Virus record (IMG/VR): IMGVR_UViG_3300029928_000218 | Length of the DNA: 47,073 bases | Strand: one strand, 5' to 3' | Source of the DNA: a virus | Part shown: positions 10,601 through 18,829 of the stretch, piece by piece | Layout: each line of letters starts with the position of its first letter | Position numbering within the stretch: the stretch's first letter is position 1 | Translations under genes and position numbers: made by a program | The notes under the pieces: model-generated | Seen by the model: only the letters and a program-made list of their open reading frames with translations | Databases searched by the model: none | Told to the model about the DNA's origin: nothing

Positions 10601-10653
10601 TCGGTGCTATTGAGAACCGATGATTCCGTAATAGATACTGGGTTCATCGTCAC
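7630..10653 (-). CDS. Restriction-associated SF2 helicase with an N-terminal T5orf172/GIY-YIG-like nuclease domain
   Basis: GIKIGMT...RIAQQ...EWF at the N-terminus; NCKMRFGKS (motif I), LDEYH (II), LSGTPF (III). Confidence 0.8.
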   Translation of the reverse strand: MTMNPVSITESSVLNSTDTVNFESKKTIFKYTDSNNTGKSLILLYMYQLPDFPQHGIKIGMTKCNPGTTFKKAIESRIAQQKAELALNQSDYDRYGLKREILHWGVCIDAGNESFKDYYVHDMIKLKKAGIQEKEQEWFVNVPLEELVRLFEECRTEGKTKAVYTPRKEQRECVDRLKEYFTVHPKNGRFLMNCKMRFGKSYTTFKFCEEMDLNRILILTFVPAVEDSWGGDLKHISKDYAYRTDEDLRRFEYQPSKEVGPFVMFLSLQNFLGKERNTSETKTRLKKLQSVDWDLVVLDEYHFGAWNDRTQRTFEEKAKDMEEFDVAYINDLSTDIVERFKICTDKTICLSGTPFKALSSHEFGDAVYSYTYFDEQRNKYPRSEENDFNTVDPEYAEFPDMRIFGYDMNQMFGDMPNVYVSIKKLKKYYFSLNMFFKTRHDVNPDDPVSFVNEDEVKRWLNIIKSPSDMDGYDFPYYPGGGLVSSNRHSLWLMPTCDSTTAMANLLRDDPYFNGYEIIDLSDPKAGVGGDAYNYLMTGIRKADNTHMLGSIALTVNKLTLGVTVKQWSSVFVLKDLASPESYFQSIFRTQTPYHEGKSVKKFGNVYDFNVDRAAMLLLQFATESGENPKKNSVVRAKVARLIVKYLPIYLNGNMAKKIDEAVFYNLAEFSDPRGQPLSKKISDTSKTTRIGDDETIALMMADDEVRKVVERVFAHSKLKKKNDKNDKETPIPSPSEEFDKKITARAYELGYKAGLEDFELFASIEDDKELSDKFLELQNIRAEASCPEAYMDGSNKHNKFHNAFLKGYEAGTNMPVKRITRGKEDGKKFIPDIKKEFGEDIVWTRETSSQLKSFINIHLNDIRNIPSDCRYALFKKWYVDSFTNAVRNGLRPKSETPKGTVEEVDNKMRHILARLFEFLYISVYRETTFKEIFENADPNTFLEAVGITKEDFTVLNRYNIFEEQTLNSCIHDFFVNESLGSSLDLEKEENRRRYRNSFDWFGFGLMD

Positions 10654-12296
10654 ACCTTCTCCTTGATTAAACCGTCTATGAACGCAACCTCTTCATCGGT
10701 CAGCCCGTATTTCGCATTCAGATCGGCATCCGTATAGGTATGACTGAAGTCCTGCATGGGGATGAATTGGAATTTCTCTTTGGAAAGGTGAATCGAGCTT
10801 ATAGAAAGTAGAAGGAGGAATCTATAAAATTTGGTATTCAGATATGAAACATAGTTACAAGCATATTCGTATTCATCTGTCGAATAGAGAACGAGATAGC
10901 TTTCCGTGCAGATTTCTCCAGGATTCAATATTCTACAAGTAGAAGTAACCGAGAAGCGCCCATCTTTAGCGGGTTCTCCTGCGTGTTCGGCAGTGGCATA
11001 ACTTAAGATTACTTTATACTTGGATATTAATTCTTGACCTGATTTAATATCTTGATTGGTAACATATGAAATGCCCGCGCTCGTAAAGAGTGAGATAGGA
11101 TATTCATCTGTTTGTTTTTCATTACCCCGAACAAATGTTCTGAATCCAAAAATATTGGACGAGGATACAATACAATCGAGCGTATCTTCATGAAAAAGTT
11201 TAATTTTCTGAAGTATGGGGATAGCACGATTGTAACGGATGAAAACGCCATGATCCGATAATGAGCGGAAAGAGTTGGATTCCGAATTGTTGGAGATATT
11301 GGTAACAGAACACAATCCGTGGTAATCACGATCGATTAAGAAATAGCATATCCCGCCGCCGATGCTCAAGTTCGGGAAACAATCCTTCGCATTGACGAAA
11401 TCGACGAGTTTCACAATCGAATCGTCGTTGAGCATATCGACACGGAACTCATCTAATCCTTTTCCACCGGCATACCATCTCGCTGGAATGATCATACTGA
11501 TGTACTTCGGATTGAGCGATTTAGCCTGCATCACGAACTTCTGGTAAATGGGCATCGCGCTCGCCCCATATCCGCCATCGCTAAGCTGATACGGCGGATT
11601 GCCGATGATGACATCGAATTTCACGTTCCTGTCCCCATTGAAAAATCTGTCAGCCAAATAGGTTTGAATCTCATCCCCTGGACTGCAATGGATGAAATCG
11701 TAGGAATAGTTCTCACGCTGGTTCCTGTCCAGATATTCGGAATTCGAAGGTATCCCGCAATAGATACACCTGTCCTTCTTGATCAGATGATTCGAGATCG
11801 GAGTCTTGACGTTCCCTTCGGCATCATCGAACCACGTCCCGTTCCCGATTGCATAGCCGTTGACGTAGTGGCCGTCCTCCATCAGTCCGTCGCACGGCCT
11901 GTTGGCCTGGCAGCAATAATATAGTGTGCGTCTTGCCACGTTCGCTGTGAATTTGGTCTGCCCTATCGAGAAGATCATGTCCTGAAGGATGTGCTTGCGC
12001 CGGGTCTCGGTATCCGGAATGATGTCCTTCAATCCAACATCGAGGCGTATTGCGATCTCCCTCTCGAATATCCCCGTCTTAGAAGCCGGATTCAACCATC
12101 TGTAATCCGGATTGCTCCATACCTCCTTCGGAAGAGCGTCCAGCATCATGTCCACAACCTTCCTCGGAGTGAACACCTCGTCGCTTCCGACGTTTGTCAA
12201 CGTTTCCAATATGTCGAAGAACTCGACGTATTCGGCGGTCTTCTCGACATCCGATTTGTACCTGTTCTCCGCATCCAGAGCCTCGTTTTTCCTCAT
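10650..12296 (-). CDS. Eco57I-type N6-adenine DNA methyltransferase with a C-terminal TRD
   Basis: SDEVFTP, WLNPASKTGIF (motif I), DVIIGNPPYQ (motif IV), MIIPARW. Confidence 0.85.
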   Translation of the reverse strand: MRKNEALDAENRYKSDVEKTAEYVEFFDILETLTNVGSDEVFTPRKVVDMMLDALPKEVWSNPDYRWLNPASKTGIFEREIAIRLDVGLKDIIPDTETRRKHILQDMIFSIGQTKFTANVARRTLYYCCQANRPCDGLMEDGHYVNGYAIGNGTWFDDAEGNVKTPISNHLIKKDRCIYCGIPSNSEYLDRNQRENYSYDFIHCSPGDEIQTYLADRFFNGDRNVKFDVIIGNPPYQLSDGGYGASAMPIYQKFVMQAKSLNPKYISMIIPARWYAGGKGLDEFRVDMLNDDSIVKLVDFVNAKDCFPNLSIGGGICYFLIDRDYHGLCSVTNISNNSESNSFRSLSDHGVFIRYNRAIPILQKIKLFHEDTLDCIVSSSNIFGFRTFVRGNEKQTDEYPISLFTSAGISYVTNQDIKSGQELISKYKVILSYATAEHAGEPAKDGRFSVTSTCRILNPGEICTESYLVLYSTDEYEYACNYVSYLNTKFYRFLLLLSISSIHLSKEKFQFIPMQDFSHTYTDADLNAKYGLTDEEVAFIDGLIKEKV

Positions 12297-13372
12297 AGGT
12301 ACCGCTCCAAAACATTTCCGTAAGAATTTGATACGACGGATCTGCCTCTGCTCTTGCTGTCTTTTTTCAGAGATGAGAACTTAACCTCCGAAGGAACAGT
12401 GGCATCCCAATCCATTATCTTGCAATATGGATCTCCGCTGGATTTCCTCGAAGGAACAGAGAATTCTGCATCCAGTTTCCCATTATGCCCAGAACTTGGG
12501 ACCATGCAAGTCAGCCCGTCCATCTGCCAGATGTTCCATGACAGAATGAAGGCGATGTCCAAAACATCCGAAGGATCCATCTCTTCCCCGAACTTGGAGC
12601 TGTAATGCTCCATCACCGTGAGCAATAGATTCTCCCTGGCCAGGATAACGTTGTCTCCTTGGAGATCGTATCCGTAGACGCTCTTGACGGCGGCTTTCGC
12701 CATCTCGACCCAGCCCTTCGGCGAATCCACCTTCTCGGACACCACGCGGAGCTTCCTGTCCAGGAATCCTACGCGGTAAGGCACCGGGATCTCCGTGCCG
12801 TCCACCGGATCGTAGCGAGAAGTGAGATACGGCGCCTCTCCGCAGCTCACCTCCAGGCGTGTCGATGTGATGTAGCTCTTCCAATCGATATCACCGAAAT
12901 CCACATGGGATGTAGGAATCCAGCCCCTTCCAATCTCCGTATTGAATGCTCCGGACCTTCCGAACCATTGGTCGTCCACGAGATTGTTCTGCTTGTTGAC
13001 TATCCACGGCGGAGTGAAGACCTCCGCCTTCTCCTTCGATCTGTTGCGTTTCTCCGACTGGGATTTCAGATAGCGCGGGCGGATGATTCTGTTCGGATTG
13101 ATGATGAACAGATACTTGATGCGGTCGTACTTCCCGAATCCCGGACCGAAGGACGAATAGTCGTCCGTTGCCCATAGGAGATTAGAACCCGTGGTCCTGT
13201 CCGTCAGAATGATGTCCATAAGGGCCTTGTTGTTGCCGATGCGGCTGTAAGGCCCGATGTCTATCTTCTTCACGAAGCTCCCCGAAGCGGATTCGAAAGG
13301 CGGGATGTCGTCAGCTCTTTCCTGCTCTCCACTCATCATCGGAGACCCTAGGACGTTCGAGACCATATCCAT
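12293..13372 (-). CDS. Restriction-modification M-subunit-like protein
   Basis: KAEVFTPPWIV, RLEVSCGEAPYL, YGYDLQGDN, NIWQMDG; no NPPY/DPPY visible. Confidence 0.75.
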   Translation of the reverse strand: MDMVSNVLGSPMMSGEQERADDIPPFESASGSFVKKIDIGPYSRIGNNKALMDIILTDRTTGSNLLWATDDYSSFGPGFGKYDRIKYLFIINPNRIIRPRYLKSQSEKRNRSKEKAEVFTPPWIVNKQNNLVDDQWFGRSGAFNTEIGRGWIPTSHVDFGDIDWKSYITSTRLEVSCGEAPYLTSRYDPVDGTEIPVPYRVGFLDRKLRVVSEKVDSPKGWVEMAKAAVKSVYGYDLQGDNVILARENLLLTVMEHYSSKFGEEMDPSDVLDIAFILSWNIWQMDGLTCMVPSSGHNGKLDAEFSVPSRKSSGDPYCKIMDWDATVPSEVKFSSLKKDSKSRGRSVVSNSYGNVLERYL

Positions 13373-13498
13373 TGCCCAAAAGGGTTCTCCGCTCTTAATA
13401 TCATGTATCGATGTTCCACAATATGTTGATTCAATCCAGAATCGATCGCAACCCTCTTCAACATCCCACCCTCACCAACCCGTCCTTCCCCGACTAAG

Positions 13499-14500
13499 CT
13501 ACGCTAAGGATCTGGACGCCCGCCATGGAGTAGGAAGGGGAGTGCATGACGCTATCGGGACTCGCGGGATGTTCCTGGGGAGGTACGCGGAACGGTTTCG
13601 CATCGAGGGGACGAAATTCTCTGGGAGGGGCATCCTGCCAACCTCTTCCCAGTAATTGTTTATCAGTCTGACGTTCAGCATCGCCAAATCCGCCGAGTAA
13701 TACCCTCTATTCTTGTGTATCTTGTCGAAGACCTTGGACATCTGGGCGTGTACGGGATTGAACGAGTTGCCGAATACGGCGTTAACCTCGGCCGCACTCG
13801 TATCATAGCTGCAATCGATGCCGTTCATCCGTCCGAAAACATCTGTTTGAACCAGCGCACGAAACACGCCCATGCCGAAAACATGGACCCGGTTTATCCC
13901 TGCATCGCGTATCATCGGGAATCCCTCACGGAGGACCGAGTAGTACTGCTCTTCATAGCTCTTGGATTTGGATAGAATGCAATAGCCGCCCAAACCGATT
14001 ATATCGCCCGGCTTAGCCAATGCGATGACTTGTTCCAGGCAGTCCAGATACTGATCGGTATCGGATCCCTGGCAGCTCAAAACCAACTTCCTGTCTCCGA
14101 GTTCATCCCTTCTCGAAACCAGATATTCTGCCGCTTCGAGAGTGTGTTCGACGTATTTCTCGCCGATTTCCTTGGAGACGCGCCTTTTTGTCTGCTTTCC
14201 ATCGATCATCTGTTCATCGACGAGATGATCGTAGGAAACGATGGCATAGGCTTGTCTGCCAACCGTCTTTTCAAACTTGAGCTGCCGTTCCAGCGCATCC
14301 TCATAAGACATTCTGTTTCCCTTCACATCTTGGAAAGCGCCGGAGTCAAGCAAATAGCGTACATCCGCACCCTCTGTCAGATGTACCTTGTAATACGGAT
14401 TGAGACACAGATAAGGCGTCTCCAACTCCGGACGATACGGACGGGAATTGAGAACATCATTCACTCTAGATACGAAGAATCTCAATTCCTCACCAACCAA
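13499..14500 (-). CDS. tRNA-guanine transglycosylase-fold protein, DpdA-like candidate
   Basis: LLDSGAFQ (cf. TGT DSGGFQ), SCQG, IGLGG, VHVFGMG, SYDTS; no C-terminal Zn-binding cluster; TTG start. Confidence 0.7.
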   Translation of the reverse strand: MVGEELRFFVSRVNDVLNSRPYRPELETPYLCLNPYYKVHLTEGADVRYLLDSGAFQDVKGNRMSYEDALERQLKFEKTVGRQAYAIVSYDHLVDEQMIDGKQTKRRVSKEIGEKYVEHTLEAAEYLVSRRDELGDRKLVLSCQGSDTDQYLDCLEQVIALAKPGDIIGLGGYCILSKSKSYEEQYYSVLREGFPMIRDAGINRVHVFGMGVFRALVQTDVFGRMNGIDCSYDTSAAEVNAVFGNSFNPVHAQMSKVFDKIHKNRGYYSADLAMLNVRLINNYWEEVGRMPLPENFVPSMRNRSAYLPRNIPRVPIASCTPLPTPWRASRSLA

Positions 14501-14535
14501 TTCAATAGAATCGACACTTCAGATAAGTGTTTCAT

Positions 14536-14562
14536 TAAGTGTCTAAAACGTTTAGACACTTA
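14536..14562. promoter_or_regulatory. Palindromic operator, fully symmetric copy
   Basis: TAAGTGTCTAAA-ACG-TTTAGACACTTA with perfect 12-bp arms; core CTAAA-ACG-TTTAG at 14543-14555. Confidence 0.65.
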
Positions 14563-14598
14563 TGATGTTTTGTTTCTTTGTTTCAGAATCACTGAAAT

Positions 14599-14850
14599 TC
14601 AATAATCGTATTCCATCGGTGTGACTAGGTTGCCGTCTGTATCATGATATCCTACAATCGGCGATCCTTGAACGGTTTCTGGATACGATACCCTCTCCGC
14701 CGTTATCCTGTACGCTCCGTCCCTTATCTCCAATCTCCCGCCGCGGAGGAAATCCAGCCATGCGGCGGCCTCTTCCTCTCCCAGCGTCATGGATATCGTG
14801 CATTCCGCGCCGTTGACGGAACTCGTGTATCCGAAGCATAGGTCCTCCAT
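14599..14850 (-). CDS. Small hypothetical protein
   Basis: GGAGG RBS upstream of MEDLCFG... Confidence 0.55.
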   Translation of the reverse strand: MEDLCFGYTSSVNGAECTISMTLGEEEAAAWLDFLRGGRLEIRDGAYRITAERVSYPETVQGSPIVGYHDTDGNLVTPMEYDY

Positions 14851-14913
14851 CGGAACCCTCCGTTGATGAAATTCATAGAGTTCCCTAAACGTTCCGACAA
14901 TTAAGGATTCCGC

Positions 14914-15492
14914 TCATCCATGAGCGATATACATCAATTGGTCCAGATTCCTCGGAGGCCAGTAGATCCGATGCGTCCTGTAGTAAGCATAGTGCATCGT
15001 CGTGTATTGCAGATCGTCCAGGTCCAGGCAGTACACGGCATCCGGACGGCGGACGCTCCCTCCGAGTCCGAGGAATACCAGCACGGGATCGCCCGTCCGC
15101 TCGCGCACGCGGCGGTAGGCCAGAAGCTGGCGGTATCCGCACCACTCCACATCCCAGCTCTCGCCCGCGTGCGCTCTGAACTTGCATTCGACCCAGAATT
15201 TCCTACCTGTGGATATCTCCCTGAAGCGCAGGTCCGGAAGCTCCATCCCATCGGCATACGCTCCCCCCGTCTCGTCATCCCTCGGAGTACGATGGATGCG
15301 CTCGAATAGCGACGGATCGAACATAGAGGCGACGTGGTCCTCGAAGTCGTTTCCCAGCCTGTATAGGTAATCGCGCTGCCGCTTCTGCTCGGCCTCCGCC
15401 GCTTCCAGGACGCGCCTCGTCTCTTCGAGTTCGAGACGGCACGCCTCCTTGGCGATGCGGCGCTCGCGGAGGTATCCGATAAGGCCCTTCAC
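14914..15492 (-). CDS. PD-(D/E)XK nuclease-family protein with an N-terminal coiled coil
   Basis: GNDFEDHV...ELPDLRF...FWVECKFR. Confidence 0.75.
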   Translation of the reverse strand: MKGLIGYLRERRIAKEACRLELEETRRVLEAAEAEQKRQRDYLYRLGNDFEDHVASMFDPSLFERIHRTPRDDETGGAYADGMELPDLRFREISTGRKFWVECKFRAHAGESWDVEWCGYRQLLAYRRVRERTGDPVLVFLGLGGSVRRPDAVYCLDLDDLQYTTMHYAYYRTHRIYWPPRNLDQLMYIAHG

Positions 15493-16319
15493 CTCCCCGC
15501 CCCCGGAACCTCAAGATTATCGAACGTGCGGGATATCCTCGCAAGCTCCTTCTCGGCCATGGCTATCCCGTTCCTCATCTCGATGGATCTGCTGTACGAC
15601 ACGTCCAGCGGGGCGGACCACACCTCGTTCTTCGACGGATCGGCGCTGATGCGGTTGCATCTGTACACCATCGCCCCCAGCTGGAATCCCGCCACCCCCG
15701 GACCCACCAATCCGCAGAACACGCCCTCCGGAGTCTTCACCCTCGCGCACGCCCTCCCGTCCGCGACGGGGCGCCAGTATATCCCGCGGTCCGACGCGTA
15801 GGTCGCCCCGTGGTTGAACAGCGATTCGGGTTCCAGGCGGCGGTAGTCCGAAGGCGACGCGGGACGTATGCGCTTGTCCCTGTCGATAAGCATCTGGGCC
15901 AGCGATTCGCGGCACATCCTCTCGATCTGAACGGGATTGCAGGCGGCCGCCTCGTCGGAGGCGCGCCCCAGCACCGAGCCGTCCCTCGAAAGCTCCGTCT
16001 TCCAGCGGATGCCCTTGGCCGCAGGGCGCATCTCGTAGCGGAGGCGGTAGCATCCGCGGTCGGACTTGGCGAACGCTGTCAGATTGCAACCGCCGCCCAC
16101 CTCGTCCCTTATCCAGTCCAGGGTCGCGTCCAGGGAGCGCTTCGAAGAGATGTCCAGCTCCCCCGCCTTCGCGCGTCCCTTGGTCGATTCGTCCTGGACC
16201 ACGCGGATGCGCGTGCGTATCCCCTTCCCGGAAAGCTCGGCCCGGTAGGACCGGGCCTTGGACTCGGACGGGAATATCCCGAACACCCTCCCGTCGCCCG
16301 CGACCTGGAACGATCTCAT
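15489..16319 (-). CDS. Hypothetical protein with the shared N-terminal GxF/YS module
   Basis: Starts MRSFQVAGDG at 16319 (ATGA overlap with the upstream stop); the track start at 16427 is unlikely. Confidence 0.65.
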   Translation of the reverse strand: MRSFQVAGDGRVFGIFPSESKARSYRAELSGKGIRTRIRVVQDESTKGRAKAGELDISSKRSLDATLDWIRDEVGGGCNLTAFAKSDRGCYRLRYEMRPAAKGIRWKTELSRDGSVLGRASDEAAACNPVQIERMCRESLAQMLIDRDKRIRPASPSDYRRLEPESLFNHGATYASDRGIYWRPVADGRACARVKTPEGVFCGLVGPGVAGFQLGAMVYRCNRISADPSKNEVWSAPLDVSYSRSIEMRNGIAMAEKELARISRTFDNLEVPGAGR

Positions 16320-16825
16320 CCCAGCAGCTCCTCGCACAGCCCTTCCTCGTCCAGGCGGCCGTCCAGCCAGCGGTCCACCGCGCCGAAGACGTCCGGCGCT
16401 GGGACGCCTCCTTCCAGGGCCTCCCACACCTCGTCGGGTATCCTCCTGTCCACAAGCGGGTAGTCGTTGCGCTCAAGCCATGAGCGCAGCGTCTCCCCTT
16501 GGACGTATCCGTAGCATCCGCCCTCCGTGGACCTCCCGTCGCGGCGTACCGTGTCCATGTACATCTCGCCGACGATCAGGCCGTCCGCTCTACCGGACTC
16601 CACGTCGTCGTAGAACTCGTCCGGATCGTACCCGTACTCGGACGGGTCCATCTCCGATTCGCTTAGATATCCGACGGAACCGTCTTCCAGAAGGTACGCG
16701 CCGGTGACGTCGCAGTACGCATCGAGCACCGCGTCTCCGGGGCCCTTGACGCTGTACGACACGATTCCCTTCCTTCCGTTCCTTCCGAATACCGCTTTTC
16801 CCTTGATTCTGTTCTTTCCCATCAT
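16316..16825 (-). CDS. Acidic hypothetical protein
   Basis: GGAGG RBS; directly downstream of an operator copy. Confidence 0.65.
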   Translation of the reverse strand: MMGKNRIKGKAVFGRNGRKGIVSYSVKGPGDAVLDAYCDVTGAYLLEDGSVGYLSESEMDPSEYGYDPDEFYDDVESGRADGLIVGEMYMDTVRRDGRSTEGGCYGYVQGETLRSWLERNDYPLVDRRIPDEVWEALEGGVPAPDVFGAVDRWLDGRLDEEGLCEELLG

Positions 16826-16874
16826 CCTTCATTCCTCCTAGTCTTTCTATGAATCAATCGTTTTCCACAAATTT

Positions 16875-16887
16875 CTGAAACGTTCAG
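16875..16887. promoter_or_regulatory. Palindromic operator copy
   Basis: CTGAA-ACG-TTCAG, about 50 bp upstream of the 16825 start. Confidence 0.6.
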
Positions 16888-17402
16888 GCAACATCCCTTC
16901 GATGGAGAACCCCGAACCTGCTCTGGATCGATGCGCGGCGCGCCTCCAAATCCCTCGCCCTCTTCCCTTGGCATGAATCCAGGTATTCCGTGATGTACGG
17001 GTCCTCCCTCTTCGTGAGATCGTCCACGAACTGCCCCAGCGCCCCCGTCTCGGCGTCCTCGGAGAGAGAAGGCTGGTTCCCTCTCTCGTTGTACTCCACG
17101 AAATTCCAATAGTCGCACAGATAAGCCCATATCTCCGGGTCGTTGAGATTCCTCGCGTATGACGGCTTCTGCAAGATCTCGTACTCGCGGAGATCGTCCA
17201 TGGTCTCCACCATCCACGGGTCCGGGACGCCGTCGGCGTCCAGCAGCTTGGATCTGGCATTCCTGCACTTGGTCGGGATGTCCTTCGCGCGGATCGTCCC
17301 CTTGAGGCTGCACCTTAGAGTCTCGGCCTTCGTCTTCGAAGAGAACACTCCCTTCAGCTCGCCCTTCTTGCGGACCTCCCAGGTCCTTCCTTCTTCTGTC
17401 AT
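16884..17402 (-). CDS. Hypothetical protein with the shared N-terminal module
   Basis: TATAAAAC at about 17439-17446 and ACAGGAGG RBS upstream; TWEVRKKGELKGVFSSKTKAE. Confidence 0.65.
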   Translation of the reverse strand: MTEEGRTWEVRKKGELKGVFSSKTKAETLRCSLKGTIRAKDIPTKCRNARSKLLDADGVPDPWMVETMDDLREYEILQKPSYARNLNDPEIWAYLCDYWNFVEYNERGNQPSLSEDAETGALGQFVDDLTKREDPYITEYLDSCQGKRARDLEARRASIQSRFGVLHRRDVA

Positions 17403-17439
17403 GTCTTTCCTCCTGTCGATTAGATTCCCGCGCCAGGCG

Positions 17440-17744
17440 TTTTATACGCGCTCGCGGATAGAGTGCCGGTAGTACGGCTTCTGACCCCCTCCTTCGAGGG
17501 AAAGGTTGTCCGAACCCCGTAGGACGATAGTGTGGCCCATGTCGTGGCGGTGTCGCGACGGATGTGGGTTTCCTGTAAAGGCCTCTCCGAGGCAGTACCG
17601 GTAGTATGGCTTCTGACCCCCTCTTCCGAGGGAAAGGTTGTCTGAACGCGGCAGGACGACGGTCCGTCTCTAATCATGGGGAGAAGGGATGCGGACCGAG
17701 GTGTGGTCCCCGTCGTGGCGGTGTCGCGACGACGGGGATTTCCT
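17440..17744 (-). repeat. Two-unit structured tandem repeat (putative ncRNA) followed by a TATA box
   Basis: A blocks 17462-17527 and 17594-17659; B blocks 17530-17574 and 17701-17744; hairpins CCCCGTCGT/ACGACGGGG and CCCTC/GAGGG. Confidence 0.6.
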
Positions 17745-17757
17745 ACGTTTATGCACG

Positions 17758-18825
17758 TCATCTCTTCGCCTTCCCGTCCTCGTAGACGGCCATCCCGTCC
17801 CTCGCCATGAGACGCCCGTATGTGTCCATGACATCGCCTTCCGGCACGCCTCCGAGAACGGTCTTTAGATGCTCGGCCGCCATCCATTCGGGGCGCCTTC
17901 CGGGATCGGAGAATATGGCGTATATCGCCTCGTAGGCGCCGCATCTGCGCTTCCTCTTCACGGAATCCACCTCGCGGCGGAATCCCTCCGGGGAGCCGTA
18001 GATGGATACGATGCTCCTGCGGTCCGCGTCAACGATCGATTTGGAGGACGGGAGGGAGCGGAGGTTGCGGGACGCTATCCACTGGGCCTCGGCCTCGCTC
18101 TGCGGCTTGGTCGCCGGGACGATCTCGCCGTCTTCCGTCTCTATCCTCGGTGCCAGCGCATAGTCGTAATCGACTCCCTCGTCGCTTCCGCTTATCTCGA
18201 TCGGATAGTCGTTCGCTATCCTGGCGCGGGCCGTCTTCCCCAGTCTCCCCCATTTCGAAACCTTGTCCTGCGGGAAATACGAGGCGCACGGGCTGCCGCT
18301 CCATGGGATGCCCAGGTCCACGCCACGGAAATCCTCGCCGTCGTGGTACGAAAGAAAAACGGTCTTCTTCCCGTCCTTGCGGATGCCCGCTTCCAGCTTG
18401 ACGGCCCCTCCCTTCTGCTTTACAGATTTGACCAGCGCGGCCATCTCCGACGGATCGACTTCGAACGTGGCGCCGCTGGAGAAGTCTATTTCGGGATACT
18501 TGGGTTCGGAGTCGTCGTACCTCTCTATGAAGAACCAGTAGTCGTTCTTGCCGATGGTGATGTGGAGGCGCCCGTCCTTTACCTGCAACTCGCACTCTTC
18601 CTTCTTGTCGAAGACATCCAGGCGCTTTCTGTCCACAAAACCGTTGACATCGATTCCGAGCGGAGGGTTCCTCTCGGAGCCGACACGGACCAGCGATATA
18701 TGCCACGGGTCCACCAAGCCGCGCCGGGATTGCAGCGGCACGTTTCCGTCAACGATATCGGCCTTATCGGCCAGGCTCCCGATTCTCTTCGCGGATATCT
18801 TCTCGTTCCTGCTTCTTATCCTCAT
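17758..18825 (-). CDS. Protein with a PCNA/sliding-clamp-like domain
   Basis: ATFEVDPSEM...SYFPQDKV...IANDYPIEIS...YDYALAPRIE resembles the PCNA C-terminal half. Confidence 0.6.
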   Translation of the reverse strand: MRIRSRNEKISAKRIGSLADKADIVDGNVPLQSRRGLVDPWHISLVRVGSERNPPLGIDVNGFVDRKRLDVFDKKEECELQVKDGRLHITIGKNDYWFFIERYDDSEPKYPEIDFSSGATFEVDPSEMAALVKSVKQKGGAVKLEAGIRKDGKKTVFLSYHDGEDFRGVDLGIPWSGSPCASYFPQDKVSKWGRLGKTARARIANDYPIEISGSDEGVDYDYALAPRIETEDGEIVPATKPQSEAEAQWIASRNLRSLPSSKSIVDADRRSIVSIYGSPEGFRREVDSVKRKRRCGAYEAIYAIFSDPGRRPEWMAAEHLKTVLGGVPEGDVMDTYGRLMARDGMAVYEDGKAKR

Positions 18826-18829
18826 AAAA

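Noticed and set aside
17420-17944. 174-aa ORF with repeated TTFPSxEGVRS
   Set aside because: The 5' half shadows the PCNA-like gene; the 3' half is better explained by the hairpin repeats.
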